Position numbers and translations under genes: made by a program. 64,000 nt of DNA from the NCBI GenBank assembly GCA_963771465.1, contig CAVYTU010000015.1:864001-928000 (forward strand). The letters run 5' to 3'. The notes beneath the pieces are model-generated. The model made no database searches. It had not been told where the DNA came from and saw only the letters and a list, made by a program, of their open reading frames with translations. This document shows, one piece after another, positions 29,258-39,490 of the stretch (position 1 is its first letter; each line of letters begins with the position of its first letter). This DNA is from an uncultured delta proteobacterium. GTDB lineage: Bacteria; Desulfobacterota; Binatia; UBA9968.

Positions 29258-30493
29258 ATGAATCGATGTGATTCCGCGCGGCGATTACTAATTCTGATCG
29301 CAGGATTATTTCTGTTGTCCGGTTGTCTGATCGATCAGATTGGCGGCGCTTTCAGCAAGCAACCGGAAGAGCTTGAGCGTAATGGATCGGCAACGGCACT
29401 GAAACTTATCGAGCAATCCTTTGAAGGTATCGATCCGACACGGATCGTCGATTTTCACACTCACATCCTCGCCATCGGCACCAGCGTGCGCGATGCTTTC
29501 GTAAATCCGAAAATGCGCAGCGGCGTAAATCTCGAACGGCTGAAGTTTTTAATTTATGTCAGCGCCGTTGGGGTAAAAAACATCGATGACGCCGATCGGG
29601 AATATGTCGCGCGCTTGATCCGGCTCGCCCGCGGCGTCCGACGCCAAGGGAAATACCGCATCTTGGCGTTCGACAAACATTACAACCAAGACGGCAGCGT
29701 CAATCTCGCCAAGACCAGCATGTACATTCCCAATCAGTACGTCGTCGATCTGGCGCGGCAATATCCAGAGATATTTTTACCGGTGATTTCCGTTCACCCC
29801 TACCGGCCGGATGCGATTCAGGAATTGGATAGTTGGGCCAAGGCCGGCGTGAAATACGTCAAGTGGCTGCCCAACGCCATGGGCATGGACCCGGCGAGCA
29901 AGTCAGTTGAACCGTTCTATCGCATGATGAAAGAGCGCAATATGATTCTCTTGTCCCACGCCGGCGAAGAACAAGCGGTGGAAGCGGACGAAGATCAGGG
30001 ACTCGGCAATCCGCTGCGCTTGCGCAAACCTTTGGACATGGGCATCCGCGTGATCATCGCCCACGCCGCGAGTCTCGGCACTTGCGACGACCTCGATCGT
30101 CGCGAAGCAAAGAAGGCTGACTGTTTCGACTTATTTCTGCGTCTGATGGACGAAACGAAATATGCAGGCCTCGTCTTCGGTGAGATCTCGGGAATGCTTC
30201 AGTTCAACCGTATGCCGGTGCCCTTCTCAACCTTGCTCAAGCGCCAAGATTTGCACTCGCGTCTGGTCAACGGCAGCGATTATCCGCTGCCGGCAATCAA
30301 TGCGCTCATTCGTACCCGTTCCCTCGCCAGCGATGGCTTCATCACGAGCGAAGAAAGAACGGCGCTCAACGAAATCTACGACTACAATCCGCTGCTGTTC
30401 GATTTCGTGCTGAAACGTACCATGCGCCATCCGGAGACCAAGCAGCAGTTAGCGCCGTCGGTTTTCATGGAGAATCCTGGGCTGGAAAACTGA
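29258..30493 (+). CDS. Amidohydrolase_2 family lipoprotein
   Basis: Lipobox LLSGC, DFHTH, SVHPYR, KWLPNAMG, SHAGEE, IIAHAA, NGSDYP. Confidence 0.88.
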   Translation: MNRCDSARRLLILIAGLFLLSGCLIDQIGGAFSKQPEELERNGSATALKLIEQSFEGIDPTRIVDFHTHILAIGTSVRDAFVNPKMRSGVNLERLKFLIYVSAVGVKNIDDADREYVARLIRLARGVRRQGKYRILAFDKHYNQDGSVNLAKTSMYIPNQYVVDLARQYPEIFLPVISVHPYRPDAIQELDSWAKAGVKYVKWLPNAMGMDPASKSVEPFYRMMKERNMILLSHAGEEQAVEADEDQGLGNPLRLRKPLDMGIRVIIAHAASLGTCDDLDRREAKKADCFDLFLRLMDETKYAGLVFGEISGMLQFNRMPVPFSTLLKRQDLHSRLVNGSDYPLPAINALIRTRSLASDGFITSEERTALNEIYDYNPLLFDFVLKRTMRHPETKQQLAPSVFMENPGLEN

Positions 30494-30588
30494 GGAAGAT
30501 AGAGACTAAGGATCTGATGATACGCCGTATTCTCAACTTGCTAGAGGATAGCGACAGATGACGCCGATGCAATGCTCTCTCATTCTCC

Positions 30589-30617
30589 TTGACGCCCCAG
30601 GTGAATCTCACTATTTT
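30589..30617 (+). promoter_or_regulatory. sigma70-type promoter candidate for the ABC operon
   Basis: TTGACG-N17-TATTTT, about 35 nt upstream of ATG 30653. Confidence 0.5.
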
Positions 30618-30652
30618 AGGCCACCTTTGAGAGCTCTGGCTGAAACTATTTC

Positions 30653-31453
30653 ATGTCCATCTTGACGCTCTGCAACGTCAGTAAAGTTTTCGGCGATGCT
30701 GGCAACGGCGCGGAGCTCATCCCTGCCGTCAACGACGTTTCACTCGATGTTCAAGCGGGCGAGTTTTTCTCCATCATCGGCCCGTCGGGGTGCGGCAAGT
30801 CGACGTTGCTCAGAATTATCGGCGGTTTGATTGCCGCCACGGCGGGAGAATTGACCGTTGGCACCGAGGAAGTCACCGGCCCGCATCCTTGGCTGGGCAT
30901 GGTGTTCCAAGAAGAATCCACTTTTCCCTGGCGCACGACGTTGGGAAACGTCGAGTTCGGCCTGGAAATGCGCGGGGTGGCGCAAGAGACGCGGCGTAAG
31001 CAGGCGCGCGCCATGATTCATCTGGTCGGTTTGTCGGGATTCGAAGATCGTTATCCGTCGGAACTTTCCGGCGGCATGAAGCAGCGTGTCGCCATTGCGC
31101 GCGCGCTCGTACTCGAGCCTAAAATATTGCTTATGGACGAGCCCTTCGGCGCGTTGGACGAGCAGACACGAATCATTCTCGGCGAAGAGCTGCTAAAAAT
31201 TCGCGCTCAGCTCAAGCAAACGATTATCTTGGTCACGCATAATATCAACGAGTCGGTGCAGCTCTCCGACCGCGTCATGATCATGACCGCGCGACCGGGC
31301 AGAATAAAAGAAATCGTCGCCATCGACTTGCCGCAGCCGCGCGACTCATCGATCATCTCTTCCGACCGCTTCGGCAAATTGGTGGCACAAGTCTGGGGCG
31401 CGCTCAGGGAAGAGTCGATTAGGAGTTTCAAACAAGCCGAGCAAAGAGCGTAA
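30653..31453 (+). CDS. ABC ATP-binding protein (NitT/TauT family)
   Basis: GPSGCGKS, LSGGMKQR, LMDEPFGALD. Confidence 0.95.
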   Translation: MSILTLCNVSKVFGDAGNGAELIPAVNDVSLDVQAGEFFSIIGPSGCGKSTLLRIIGGLIAATAGELTVGTEEVTGPHPWLGMVFQEESTFPWRTTLGNVEFGLEMRGVAQETRRKQARAMIHLVGLSGFEDRYPSELSGGMKQRVAIARALVLEPKILLMDEPFGALDEQTRIILGEELLKIRAQLKQTIILVTHNINESVQLSDRVMIMTARPGRIKEIVAIDLPQPRDSSIISSDRFGKLVAQVWGALREESIRSFKQAEQRA

Positions 31454-31465
31454 GGAGATTCGCCG

Positions 31466-32452
31466 ATGAAAAAATATTTCGTCTTGGGCTTATCGATTCT
31501 CTTCGTCTTATTTCTAGTCGCGTCTGCTTCTTGGGCCGCCGCCGCGCGCACTAAAATCATCGTCGTCGTGCCGCATCGCGTGTTCTTCACCGTCGCGCTG
31601 CCGGTCTACGTCGCTCAGGAAAAAGGTTATTACCGGGAGAACAATATCGACGTCGACGCCGTCTTCACTCGCGGCGGCGGCGAGAACGTTCAAGCCGTCG
31701 TTTCCGGTGACGCCCAAATCGGCCTCGGCACCGGAACGGTGGCGGTGATCAGCGCCTTTGTCCGCAAGGCGCCGATCAAAATCGCCGGCGCCGAGATCAC
31801 GGGCATGGATACGTTTTGGTACGTGCAGAGCAATACCGCGATCCGTAAGCTCGAAGATCTCGCCGGCAAGAAAATCGCCTTTAGCCGGCCTGGCTCTTCC
31901 AGCCACATGGCCGTGCTGGCGATCGCCGACCAGCTCAAAGCGAAAGGTTTGAAACCGAGCGAAGCCGTGTCCTTGGGCGGCTATCCCGAAGCTTATATCG
32001 GCATGAGAACCGGCCAAGCTGACGCTGGCTGGTCGGTTGCGCCGTTTCAATTGGATCGGGTAGAGAAAGGAGAACTGCGCGTGGTCGTGAAAGGCGAAGA
32101 GATCACGGCGATGAAAGAACTCACCGCGCGGGTGCATTTTATCAACACCGACTTCGCCGCCAAAAACGCCGAAGCCGTGCGCGGCTTTTTTCGCGCCCAA
32201 CAGCGTGCCCTCGACTATATGTTCGAACACAAAGAAGACACGGCAAAGATCTGGATTCGCCGCGCCGAAATGAAATTCCCGGAATCTGCGGTGCTCAAGA
32301 CTTGGGACTATTACAACAGAGCGGCGCTTACGTTGAAACCGATCCGCGGCCTACAGACGATCATCGAAGACGGCATCAGGAATAACTTCCTTAAACAGCC
32401 GCTAACCCAAGCCGAGTTAAACAGTCTCGTCGACCTGAGCTATTTGCCGTAA
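31466..32452 (+). CDS. ABC substrate-binding protein, NMT1/SsuA-like
   Basis: Signal peptide, LAGKKIAFSRPGSSS, operon context. Confidence 0.9.
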   Translation: MKKYFVLGLSILFVLFLVASASWAAAARTKIIVVVPHRVFFTVALPVYVAQEKGYYRENNIDVDAVFTRGGGENVQAVVSGDAQIGLGTGTVAVISAFVRKAPIKIAGAEITGMDTFWYVQSNTAIRKLEDLAGKKIAFSRPGSSSHMAVLAIADQLKAKGLKPSEAVSLGGYPEAYIGMRTGQADAGWSVAPFQLDRVEKGELRVVVKGEEITAMKELTARVHFINTDFAAKNAEAVRGFFRAQQRALDYMFEHKEDTAKIWIRRAEMKFPESAVLKTWDYYNRAALTLKPIRGLQTIIEDGIRNNFLKQPLTQAELNSLVDLSYLP

Positions 32453-32462
32453 TGGGTCTTAT

Positions 32463-32500
32463 CCCGTCGCCCGCTTGCGGGAGAGAGCGAAGGTGAGGGC
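32463..32500. repeat. REP-like extragenic palindrome (degenerate CCCTCTCCCGC..GCGGGAGAGGG..GGTGAGGG type)
   Basis: CCCGTCGCCCGCTTGCGGGAGAGAGCGAAGGTGAGGG in a short intra-operon spacer. Confidence 0.45.
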
Positions 32501-32513
32501 AAGTAAAACACTC

Positions 32514-33260
32514 ATGTCCGAAACCACAAGACTCAACGCCTGGCGACTGGGTATCATCTTCGGCGCGCTCTTGATCGTCGAGGCCTCGGTGCGCGCCGGC
32601 TGGATCAGCACATTTTTTCTCGCTGCGCCGACCCGCGCGGTGATCGTGCTCTGGCAACAACTGGTGCACGGCAACGCGCTGGTGCTCACCGGCATCACGC
32701 TCTTCGAGATCGCCGCTTGCCTGGCGATCGCCACCGTCTTCGGCGTGCTCGCCGGTTTTTTTCTCTGGCGCTACAAACTTATCGGCACGAGTTACGAGAC
32801 CTTGCTGGCGGCGCTATTCTCGTCGCCGATCATTCTCGCCTATCCGATTTTTCTGGTCACCTTTGGCCGTACCAGCGCGGCGGTGATCGCACTGTCGTCG
32901 ATCTTCGGTTTGATCCCGATCATCATTACGACCAAAGGCGCTTTCCAGAACGTCAATCCGATCTTGCTGCAAGTCGGCGCCAGCATGAATCTCAACCGCA
33001 AACAGATGTTCCGCCACATTTTGATCCCGGCGGTGGCGCCGACGATCTTCAGCGGTTTTCGCTTGGCGCTCACCTACGTTCTTAAATCGGTTCTCGGCCT
33101 CGAATACGTCGCCCAGGTCGGCGGCGTCGGCATGTGGCTGTCCGATGCGGCGTTCAAGTTCGAAGTCGAAGAGGTTTATGCCGGGCTGTTCGGTACCATC
33201 ATACTGTCAATCCTGTTTCTCTATTTGATCAACCGCGGCGAGAGTTGGTTTCGGAAGTAG
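32514..33260 (+). CDS. ABC permease (NitT/TauT family)
   Basis: Multiple TM segments, AAPT, ILIPAVAPTIFSGFRL. Confidence 0.9.
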   Translation: MSETTRLNAWRLGIIFGALLIVEASVRAGWISTFFLAAPTRAVIVLWQQLVHGNALVLTGITLFEIAACLAIATVFGVLAGFFLWRYKLIGTSYETLLAALFSSPIILAYPIFLVTFGRTSAAVIALSSIFGLIPIIITTKGAFQNVNPILLQVGASMNLNRKQMFRHILIPAVAPTIFSGFRLALTYVLKSVLGLEYVAQVGGVGMWLSDAAFKFEVEEVYAGLFGTIILSILFLYLINRGESWFRK

Positions 33261-33262
33261 CG

Positions 33263-34078
33263 ATGGAGTTGGCCCGACCACATTCGCCAGGAGTCGCCGA
33301 CAAGCTTCAGACACCCCTCGGCGTGCAAGCGCTCACCTTGCTCGGCTTGGTCGTCGTCTGGGAATTCATCGGCCGGGCGGAACTGATCTTCCCAGAACTT
33401 TTCCCGTCGATCACTGCAATCCTTCAATCGCTTTGGACCTACGTCACCACACCGGTAATGATGCCGCATCTCAAAGCCAGCCTCTACGAAGTCGGCGGCG
33501 CCATCGCCATCGCCGCGCTCGCCGGCGTCCCATTGGGAATACTCTGGGGCAGCAAGCGCAGTTGGCTCGATATCGTCGAACCACTGATTCTCTACGCCGC
33601 GGTGGTGCCCAAGATCGTCATCTTTCCGGTGTTCATTTTGTTCTTGGGAATCGACGTCCACTCGAAGCTCGCCGTCGGCGCCATCGCCGCCTTCTTTCCG
33701 ATCTCGCTGCTCACCATCGCCGGCATGCGCGAAGTGAAAAAAGTCTACATCGACGTCGCCCGCACCATTGGCGCCACGCCGGTACAGATCGCGAAAAGCA
33801 TCTATCTGCCGGCCATCGCCGGCCAGGTATTCACCGGCATCCGCATCGGTCTAGGCGCCGCGGTCACCGGCGCGCTGCTCGCTGAAACCAAAATCGCCAA
33901 AGCCGGCTTGGGTTTCATGATCGTCGAATACTACGGTCAATTCCGCATCGCCGACATGTACGCGCTGCTGCTGTTCATTTTCATTCTCGCCTCGCTGGCC
34001 AATTGGGCGATGAAGTCGTTGTTCGGTTTTCTCTCCCCGATGTCACGCAAGGGCGGCGACGCGGGGATGTATTTCTAA
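33263..34078 (+). CDS. ABC permease (NitT/TauT family)
   Basis: VPKIVIFPVF, ARTIGA, YLPAIAGQVFTGIRIG, LLAE..GLGF. Confidence 0.9.
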   Translation: MELARPHSPGVADKLQTPLGVQALTLLGLVVVWEFIGRAELIFPELFPSITAILQSLWTYVTTPVMMPHLKASLYEVGGAIAIAALAGVPLGILWGSKRSWLDIVEPLILYAAVVPKIVIFPVFILFLGIDVHSKLAVGAIAAFFPISLLTIAGMREVKKVYIDVARTIGATPVQIAKSIYLPAIAGQVFTGIRIGLGAAVTGALLAETKIAKAGLGFMIVEYYGQFRIADMYALLLFIFILASLANWAMKSLFGFLSPMSRKGGDAGMYF

Positions 34079-34097
34079 TTGGCTTGTTTTTAGATAA

Positions 34098-34888
34098 TTG
34101 TTTCGAACTAGCGGCGCTAACAGCAGTCGTCAATCATCGCCAATCAAAAAACTCCTCATCGGGATTCGCCGCGCCGTTGGCACAACCAAGCTCGCCCGCC
34201 TGCTCCATCGCCATCTCCCTTCGGGCAAGCGTTGCAAGGAATGTCTCGTGCCATTCCTCGGCGTTTTCGCGCTACCCTACCGTTTCTTGCAAATTCGCCC
34301 GTCGCGGAAAACTCCCCATCTCTGTACGCTTTGATACGAGCTCGCTCCTCCGGGCGGGGAGACCAAAAACATCTCGGTCCTGTTCGTCGACATCCGCGGC
34401 TTCGCCGCGCTGCGGAACAGATGAATCCCGCCGAAGTCGCCACGCGTCTCAATCGTTTCTATGACATCGCCACCAACGCGATCTTTCGTCACGACGGCAC
34501 GCTCGACAAGCTCGTCGGCGACGAAGTGATGGCATTCTTCGCCGCGCCACTGGCAAGACCACGCGCGCCGAGCGGTAACGAGAGCCCTGGAAATTTTGCG
34601 CGAGGTTGCAGCCATGCCTGAGGACCACCGGCCGGAAGTCGGCGCCGATTCAGTACCGGCCAAGCGTTCGTCGGCAACGTCGGCGGCAAAGACGTGACCG
34701 ACTACACCGTGCTTGGCGATACGGTCAATGTCGCGTCGCGACTCCAAGGCGCTGCCGCGCCGGGTGAAATCTTGATCGCGTAGGAAACTTTCGGACAAAT
34801 CGAAAAACAATTTCCCAACGCCACGGCGCCGGGAGCTGGAACTTAGGGCAAGAGCGATACGGTCGTCGCGTGAGAGATCGCGCGCTAA
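34098..34888 (+). pseudogene. Class III adenylate/guanylate cyclase with N-terminal CxxC...CxxU motif; degraded
   Basis: RCKEC...HLCTL-TGA-YELAPPGG...SVLFVDIRGF in one frame; later frames give DKLVGDEVMAFF and DYTVLGDTVNVASRLQG. At least three frameshifts plus a TAG at 34781. Confidence 0.8.
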
Positions 34889-34974
34889 TGGTGTCTCCTT
34901 GCCAATTTAGCTGATTGACAGCCGCTCATCGCGTCATCTAGTGTTAGGCCATCGAGTTGGAATGGGAGGCGAAC

Positions 34975-36075
34975 ATGGAGAGCGTAAAAAAGAATTTAAT
35001 CGTTGACGCCGACGCCCACGTCGTTGAGTGCGCGCGAACTTGGGACTTCATGGACAAGTCCGAGCAGCAGTATCGCCCGCTGCCATTGGAGGCGCGCGAA
35101 GAAGCCGGCGTGCGCCAGCAGTTTTGGCTGATCGACGGGAAGGTGCGCGGCTTTCGCTTCGCGGCATTCTCCGATGAAGAATTGGCCAAGCGCCAACAAC
35201 AAGTGGGGCGCAAATTCGCCGATCAGCAGGAGTCCCGCGAGCTCGGCAACGTCGACCTGCGCTTGCAGCATATGGACGACACCGACGTCGACATACAGGT
35301 GCTGCACAATACCATGTTCATCGAGTCTTGCGCCGATCGTCCGGCCGTCGACGTGGCGCTCTGCAAGGGTTGGAACCGCTGGCTCGCCGATATTTGGCAA
35401 CAGAGCAACGGACGCCTGCGCTGGTCGTGCATGCCGCCGCTCTTGAGCATGACCGACGCGCTGGATCAAATTCGCTGGTCCAAGGAGAACGGCGCGGTGG
35501 CCGTCTGCCTGCGGCCCGTGGAAGGCAACCGGTTGCTCGCCGATCCGTATTTCTATCCGGTCTATGACGAAGCGCAGAAACTCGACATGGCGATCGCCAT
35601 TCATATCGCCAACGGCAACCCTTGGCTCAGCGATCTGTACAACCATCCGACTCGCATCGCGTCCACATTGCACCGCTTCCGCGTGCCGACGGTGGCGTCG
35701 TTCAACGACATTCTCTTGAGCGAGATTCACGAACAGTTTCCCAAACTTCGTTTCGGCTTCATCGAAGCCAGCGCCCAATGGGTGCCGTGGGTGATGCACG
35801 AGGCCAAGAACCGCTTCAAAACCCTCGGCCGCCCGTGGCCCGACAACGCGATGAAAGAGTACGGCATGTTCGTCACCTGTGAAAACTCCGATGACATCCC
35901 CTACATCGTGCGCGAGGCCGGCGAAGATAACTTGGTGATCGGTACCGACTACGGCCACACCGATATTTCCAGCGATGTCGATGCGATAAGAATCTTTCGC
36001 GAGCGCAGCGACCTGACGCCGGCGGTCAAAGCGAAAATATTGAGCGATAATTCCCGCGCGCTTTACGCCCTATGA
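34975..36075 (+). CDS. Amidohydrolase_2 family protein
   Basis: VDADAH, AIHIANG, IEASAQW, GTDYGH. GGAGG RBS; TTGACA-N18-TAGTGT upstream. Confidence 0.92.
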   Translation: MESVKKNLIVDADAHVVECARTWDFMDKSEQQYRPLPLEAREEAGVRQQFWLIDGKVRGFRFAAFSDEELAKRQQQVGRKFADQQESRELGNVDLRLQHMDDTDVDIQVLHNTMFIESCADRPAVDVALCKGWNRWLADIWQQSNGRLRWSCMPPLLSMTDALDQIRWSKENGAVAVCLRPVEGNRLLADPYFYPVYDEAQKLDMAIAIHIANGNPWLSDLYNHPTRIASTLHRFRVPTVASFNDILLSEIHEQFPKLRFGFIEASAQWVPWVMHEAKNRFKTLGRPWPDNAMKEYGMFVTCENSDDIPYIVREAGEDNLVIGTDYGHTDISSDVDAIRIFRERSDLTPAVKAKILSDNSRALYAL

Positions 36076-36104
36076 GATTTTGATAATTCGCTTAAACAAG
36101 AATC

Positions 36105-37076
36105 ATGCAAATCGCCGTCGTTCTGCTGCTCTTTCTCGCAGCCATCGCTGCGCCGACCCATCTCGGTGCGCAGAGCGGCGGGAAAAAAGTCCGTCTCGGC
36201 ATCCAGTCCAATAACATCGGTTTTCTGCCGTTTCATCTCGCCTATCACAAAGGCTTTTACCGCGAGCAGGGCATCGATCTTGAAACCATTTTCATGTCGA
36301 CTCAGGCAGTCAACGCCGCCTTCGTGCGCGGCGATATTGACTACAGCGCCGCCATCAACGGCATGGTACAAACCATTGTGCGCGGCAACCCGGCCAAGAT
36401 ACTCGCTTGCGCCGTCGATCGCCCGCTGATCTCGCTCATCGCGCGCAAAGAAATCCGCGTCCCGCAAGATCTCAAGGGTAAAAAAATCGGTGGCAGCACG
36501 CCAGGCGGCACCGCGACCTTGATGGCCGACACCGCGCTCAAACATTTGGGCTTTCAGGCGGTACGTGACGTGACGATTGTGCCACTGAGGGAAAATCGTT
36601 TGGCCGCGCTCGAATCCGGCGCCGTTGACGCCGCGCTCCTCGGCGTGCCGGAGAATATTCTCGCCGTCGACCGCGGCTACAATGAGCTGCTCTTCGTCGG
36701 CGACATCGTTAATTTTCCTCAGAACGCCATCGGCGCTTCAGCCAAGAAAATTCAAGAAAGCCCCGACGAAGTCTACGGCATGGTGCGCGCCGCGCTACGC
36801 GCGTTGAATTTTGTTCTAGAGCCGCGCAACCGCGAGGAAGTCATCAACATCATCGTCAAGCAATGGAAGCTCACCGACCGGCGCATCGCGACGGAGATGC
36901 TCCGGCAATTTAACCGCGGCATGGCGCGCGATCTGATGGCCAAGCCCGAGGGCATGCAGCTGATGATCGACTTGGTGCGCGAAGATTCCAAAGTCGCCCT
37001 GCCGTTTACGATCGCGCAAGTCGTCGACTACAGCTTCCTCGAAAAAGCCCGCCGCGATCTGGGCGCGAATCGTTAA
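36105..37076 (+). CDS. ABC substrate-binding protein, NMT1/THI5-like
   Basis: Signal peptide, GFYREQGID, DLKGKKIG, VVDYSFLEKA. Confidence 0.88.
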   Translation: MQIAVVLLLFLAAIAAPTHLGAQSGGKKVRLGIQSNNIGFLPFHLAYHKGFYREQGIDLETIFMSTQAVNAAFVRGDIDYSAAINGMVQTIVRGNPAKILACAVDRPLISLIARKEIRVPQDLKGKKIGGSTPGGTATLMADTALKHLGFQAVRDVTIVPLRENRLAALESGAVDAALLGVPENILAVDRGYNELLFVGDIVNFPQNAIGASAKKIQESPDEVYGMVRAALRALNFVLEPRNREEVINIIVKQWKLTDRRIATEMLRQFNRGMARDLMAKPEGMQLMIDLVREDSKVALPFTIAQVVDYSFLEKARRDLGANR

Positions 37077-37211
37077 GGCGGCCACTCTAGAATTTTAAAC
37101 TCTCGGAACTGCTACGGCCAAGCATATCTTTCACCTCTCTTCTCCTCGCGCCTTTGTCGTACCTCGGTGATTGTGTTACAGGCAAGCCATTACAATTAGC
37201 AGGAAACGGCC

Positions 37212-38225
37212 GTGCATTTTTACATCAACATTCTCACCACCTATTTCTCCGACATCGATCCGCCCTACGACGTCTATTACCGCCAGATTCTTGAACAGAT
37301 CGAGCTCGCCGAAGAACTTGGCTGGGAATGCTTCATGTTTAACGAGCACCATTTTCTCGGCTACGGCGGGCTAGTGGCCAATCCGGCCGTGTTGCTCGCC
37401 AGCGCGGCGGCGCGGACAAAGAAAATTCGCTTGGGCCCGTGCATCGCGATCCTACCGCTGCGCCATCCGCTGCACACGGCGGAAGATTACGCCATGGTTG
37501 ATGCCATATCCGGCGGGCGCTTGGAGTTCGGCATCGGCTCGGGCAACACGGAAATGGACTACCGCGTGTTCGGTGTCACGCGCGACGACGACCGAGAGCG
37601 CTCAGCTGAGGCGCTCGAAGTGATCTTGAAGGTTTGGTCCAATGAACGGGCGAGTCATCACGGCAAGTTCTGGCAATTCGAAGAGCTGACGCTTTATCCA
37701 CGTCCCATACAGCAACCTCATCCGTCGATCTGGGTTGCCGGCACTTCTGCGGCAGGATTAGGTTGGGCCGGACGCAACGGCTATCACATCATGACTGTGG
37801 GCCATCCCCATGCGCCAGAAAAAGTTCGCCTCGGCGTTGATGCGTGGAAACAAGGACTGCTCGACGCGCGCATCGATCCGGCCACGCGCCACTCTCAATT
37901 TCACGTCCGCACCCACGTCAATGAAAATGCCGCGCGCGCCCGCGAGATCGGCATGGCGGCGGTAACGCGTTACGACGAAATCTCCCGCGTCGGCAGGCGC
38001 TCGCTCACGGCGGCGGCGACCGAATATGACTGGGACATGATGCTCGCGACCGGACGCAATAACTACGGCACGCCTGAGCAGGTTATCCGCGGCATCCACA
38101 ACGCAGCGCGAAACTATTACTTCGACACGCTGACGACGACGTTTAACTTCGGCGGCATTGCGCACGGTGAGATTCTCAAATCCATGCGGCTGTTCGCCAA
38201 GGAAGTCATGCCGGCGTTTGGTTAG
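37212..38225 (+). CDS. LLM class flavin-dependent oxidoreductase
   Basis: FNEHHF, HPLHTAEDYAMVDAISGGRLEFG, PRPIQQPHP. Confidence 0.92.
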   Translation: MHFYINILTTYFSDIDPPYDVYYRQILEQIELAEELGWECFMFNEHHFLGYGGLVANPAVLLASAAARTKKIRLGPCIAILPLRHPLHTAEDYAMVDAISGGRLEFGIGSGNTEMDYRVFGVTRDDDRERSAEALEVILKVWSNERASHHGKFWQFEELTLYPRPIQQPHPSIWVAGTSAAGLGWAGRNGYHIMTVGHPHAPEKVRLGVDAWKQGLLDARIDPATRHSQFHVRTHVNENAARAREIGMAAVTRYDEISRVGRRSLTAAATEYDWDMMLATGRNNYGTPEQVIRGIHNAARNYYFDTLTTTFNFGGIAHGEILKSMRLFAKEVMPAFG

Positions 38226-38266
38226 CGATACGCGAGCCGGGGCTCAAAGGATAAGTGAATAACCAG

Positions 38267-38734
38267 TCACTTCAGGGCTGAATCAACCGGAGGGTTCGAT
38301 CCCAGAATTTCTATTTTCACCGACGTCATGCCGCGCGTGACAAACCCAAGCAAGCTGGCCGCCCGCCGGGTAAGATCGATGACGCGATTTTTTTGCAGCG
38401 GCCCGCGGTCGTTGACGCGCACAACCACGCTGCGAAGGTTAGTTAAATTAATTACCCGCACGAGAGTGCCGAAGGGCAAGGTCTTGTGCGCCGCGGTGAG
38501 CGCGTTGTGGTCGAAGGATTCACCGTTGGCGGTTCGGCGCCCGTGAAAACTCCCATGATAGTACGCCGCCAAGCCCGTCTCGGTTTGAATATTATTCTCA
38601 CTAGGCTTTGTCGGTTCCTCTACGGCTACCGGAGCGGGTTCGCTTTCAGTTTCCTGACAGAGTGCAAAATCAACTTTCGCAGCACCCATCGCAGCGACGA
38701 AGATTGCCAACACGAACGGCTTAGTTAAATCCAT
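38267..38734 (-). CDS. rlpA: RlpA-family double-psi beta-barrel lytic transglycosylase-like protein (no SPOR domain)
   Basis: GLAAYY..FHGRRTANGE, TAAHKTLPFGT, VRVNDRGP, RVIDLT. Confidence 0.88.
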   Translation of the reverse strand: MDLTKPFVLAIFVAAMGAAKVDFALCQETESEPAPVAVEEPTKPSENNIQTETGLAAYYHGSFHGRRTANGESFDHNALTAAHKTLPFGTLVRVINLTNLRSVVVRVNDRGPLQKNRVIDLTRRAASLLGFVTRGMTSVKIEILGSNPPVDSALK

Positions 38735-38739
38735 GGATG

Positions 38740-38991
38740 CTATTTTAGTATATCTTTGAGCCGCGTGACTAGAGAAGAATCCAAACGGAGCAATTCTTTC
38801 ACATTGCGCTCCAATTCTTCGCCAGATGCGGCGTTGATTTCCAATCGCGCGCGATTCGCTTCAGCGAGCAATTCCGGATCACGGATCGCTTCGATAAATC
38901 CCTGACGCAGTATTTCGACTAAATTTTTCGGCGTCCCTGGCGGCAAGAGATAGGGCCGCACGGCGGCGCCATGGCTTTGCGTTACGGCACC
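38740..38991 (-). pseudogene. C-terminal fragment of a Bug/TctC substrate-binding protein
   Basis: RPYLLPPGTPKNLVEILRQGF...DPELLAEANRARLEI...LKDILK mirrors the C-termini of the TctC-like proteins at 58772 and 63202. No N-terminus. Confidence 0.75.
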
Positions 38992-39490
38992 ATGCTTTCG
39001 CCGGACGGCCAACGGCTTTCTCGTAGACATCAAGCGTGCGCCAAATCACGGCGCGCTCTTCCTCCGGCGTGTGCGCGTAATCGGAGAGCAGATCGTTCTG
39101 CGCCCAATTGTGCGGCACTAACTCCCAGCCGCATTCGTTGCAGGCGTCGACGATGCGCCGCCGCTCGGTCATGGTCATGCCGTTGATGGTGCAGGATGGC
39201 TTGACGCCGAGCTGGTCGAACACCTCGATCACGCGCCAGATACCAATGCGCTGCCCGTATTCACGCCAAGTCCAGTTCGCCGTATCGAGCACATTGCCCG
39301 GCAGTCCATGCGGAATCGTCATCGGCCCGCCGGTGAACAGCGGCTCTTTTTGTCCTGGACGAAAGGGTTCCCAATACTCAATGTTGATCGTGATAATCAG
39401 CGCCAACTGCGCGCCGTCGGGAAAGCGCAGCGGCTGACGATCAGGCAGTGGAACATATGGATAAAATGACGGTAGCCCGTCGTCGCCCAT
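38990..39490 (-). pseudogene. N-terminal fragment of a polysaccharide deacetylase/PuuE-like protein
   Basis: LRFPDGAQLAL..INIEYW, WREYGQRIGIWR, WELVPHNW, GRPAKAW; homology then ends abruptly. Confidence 0.8.
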
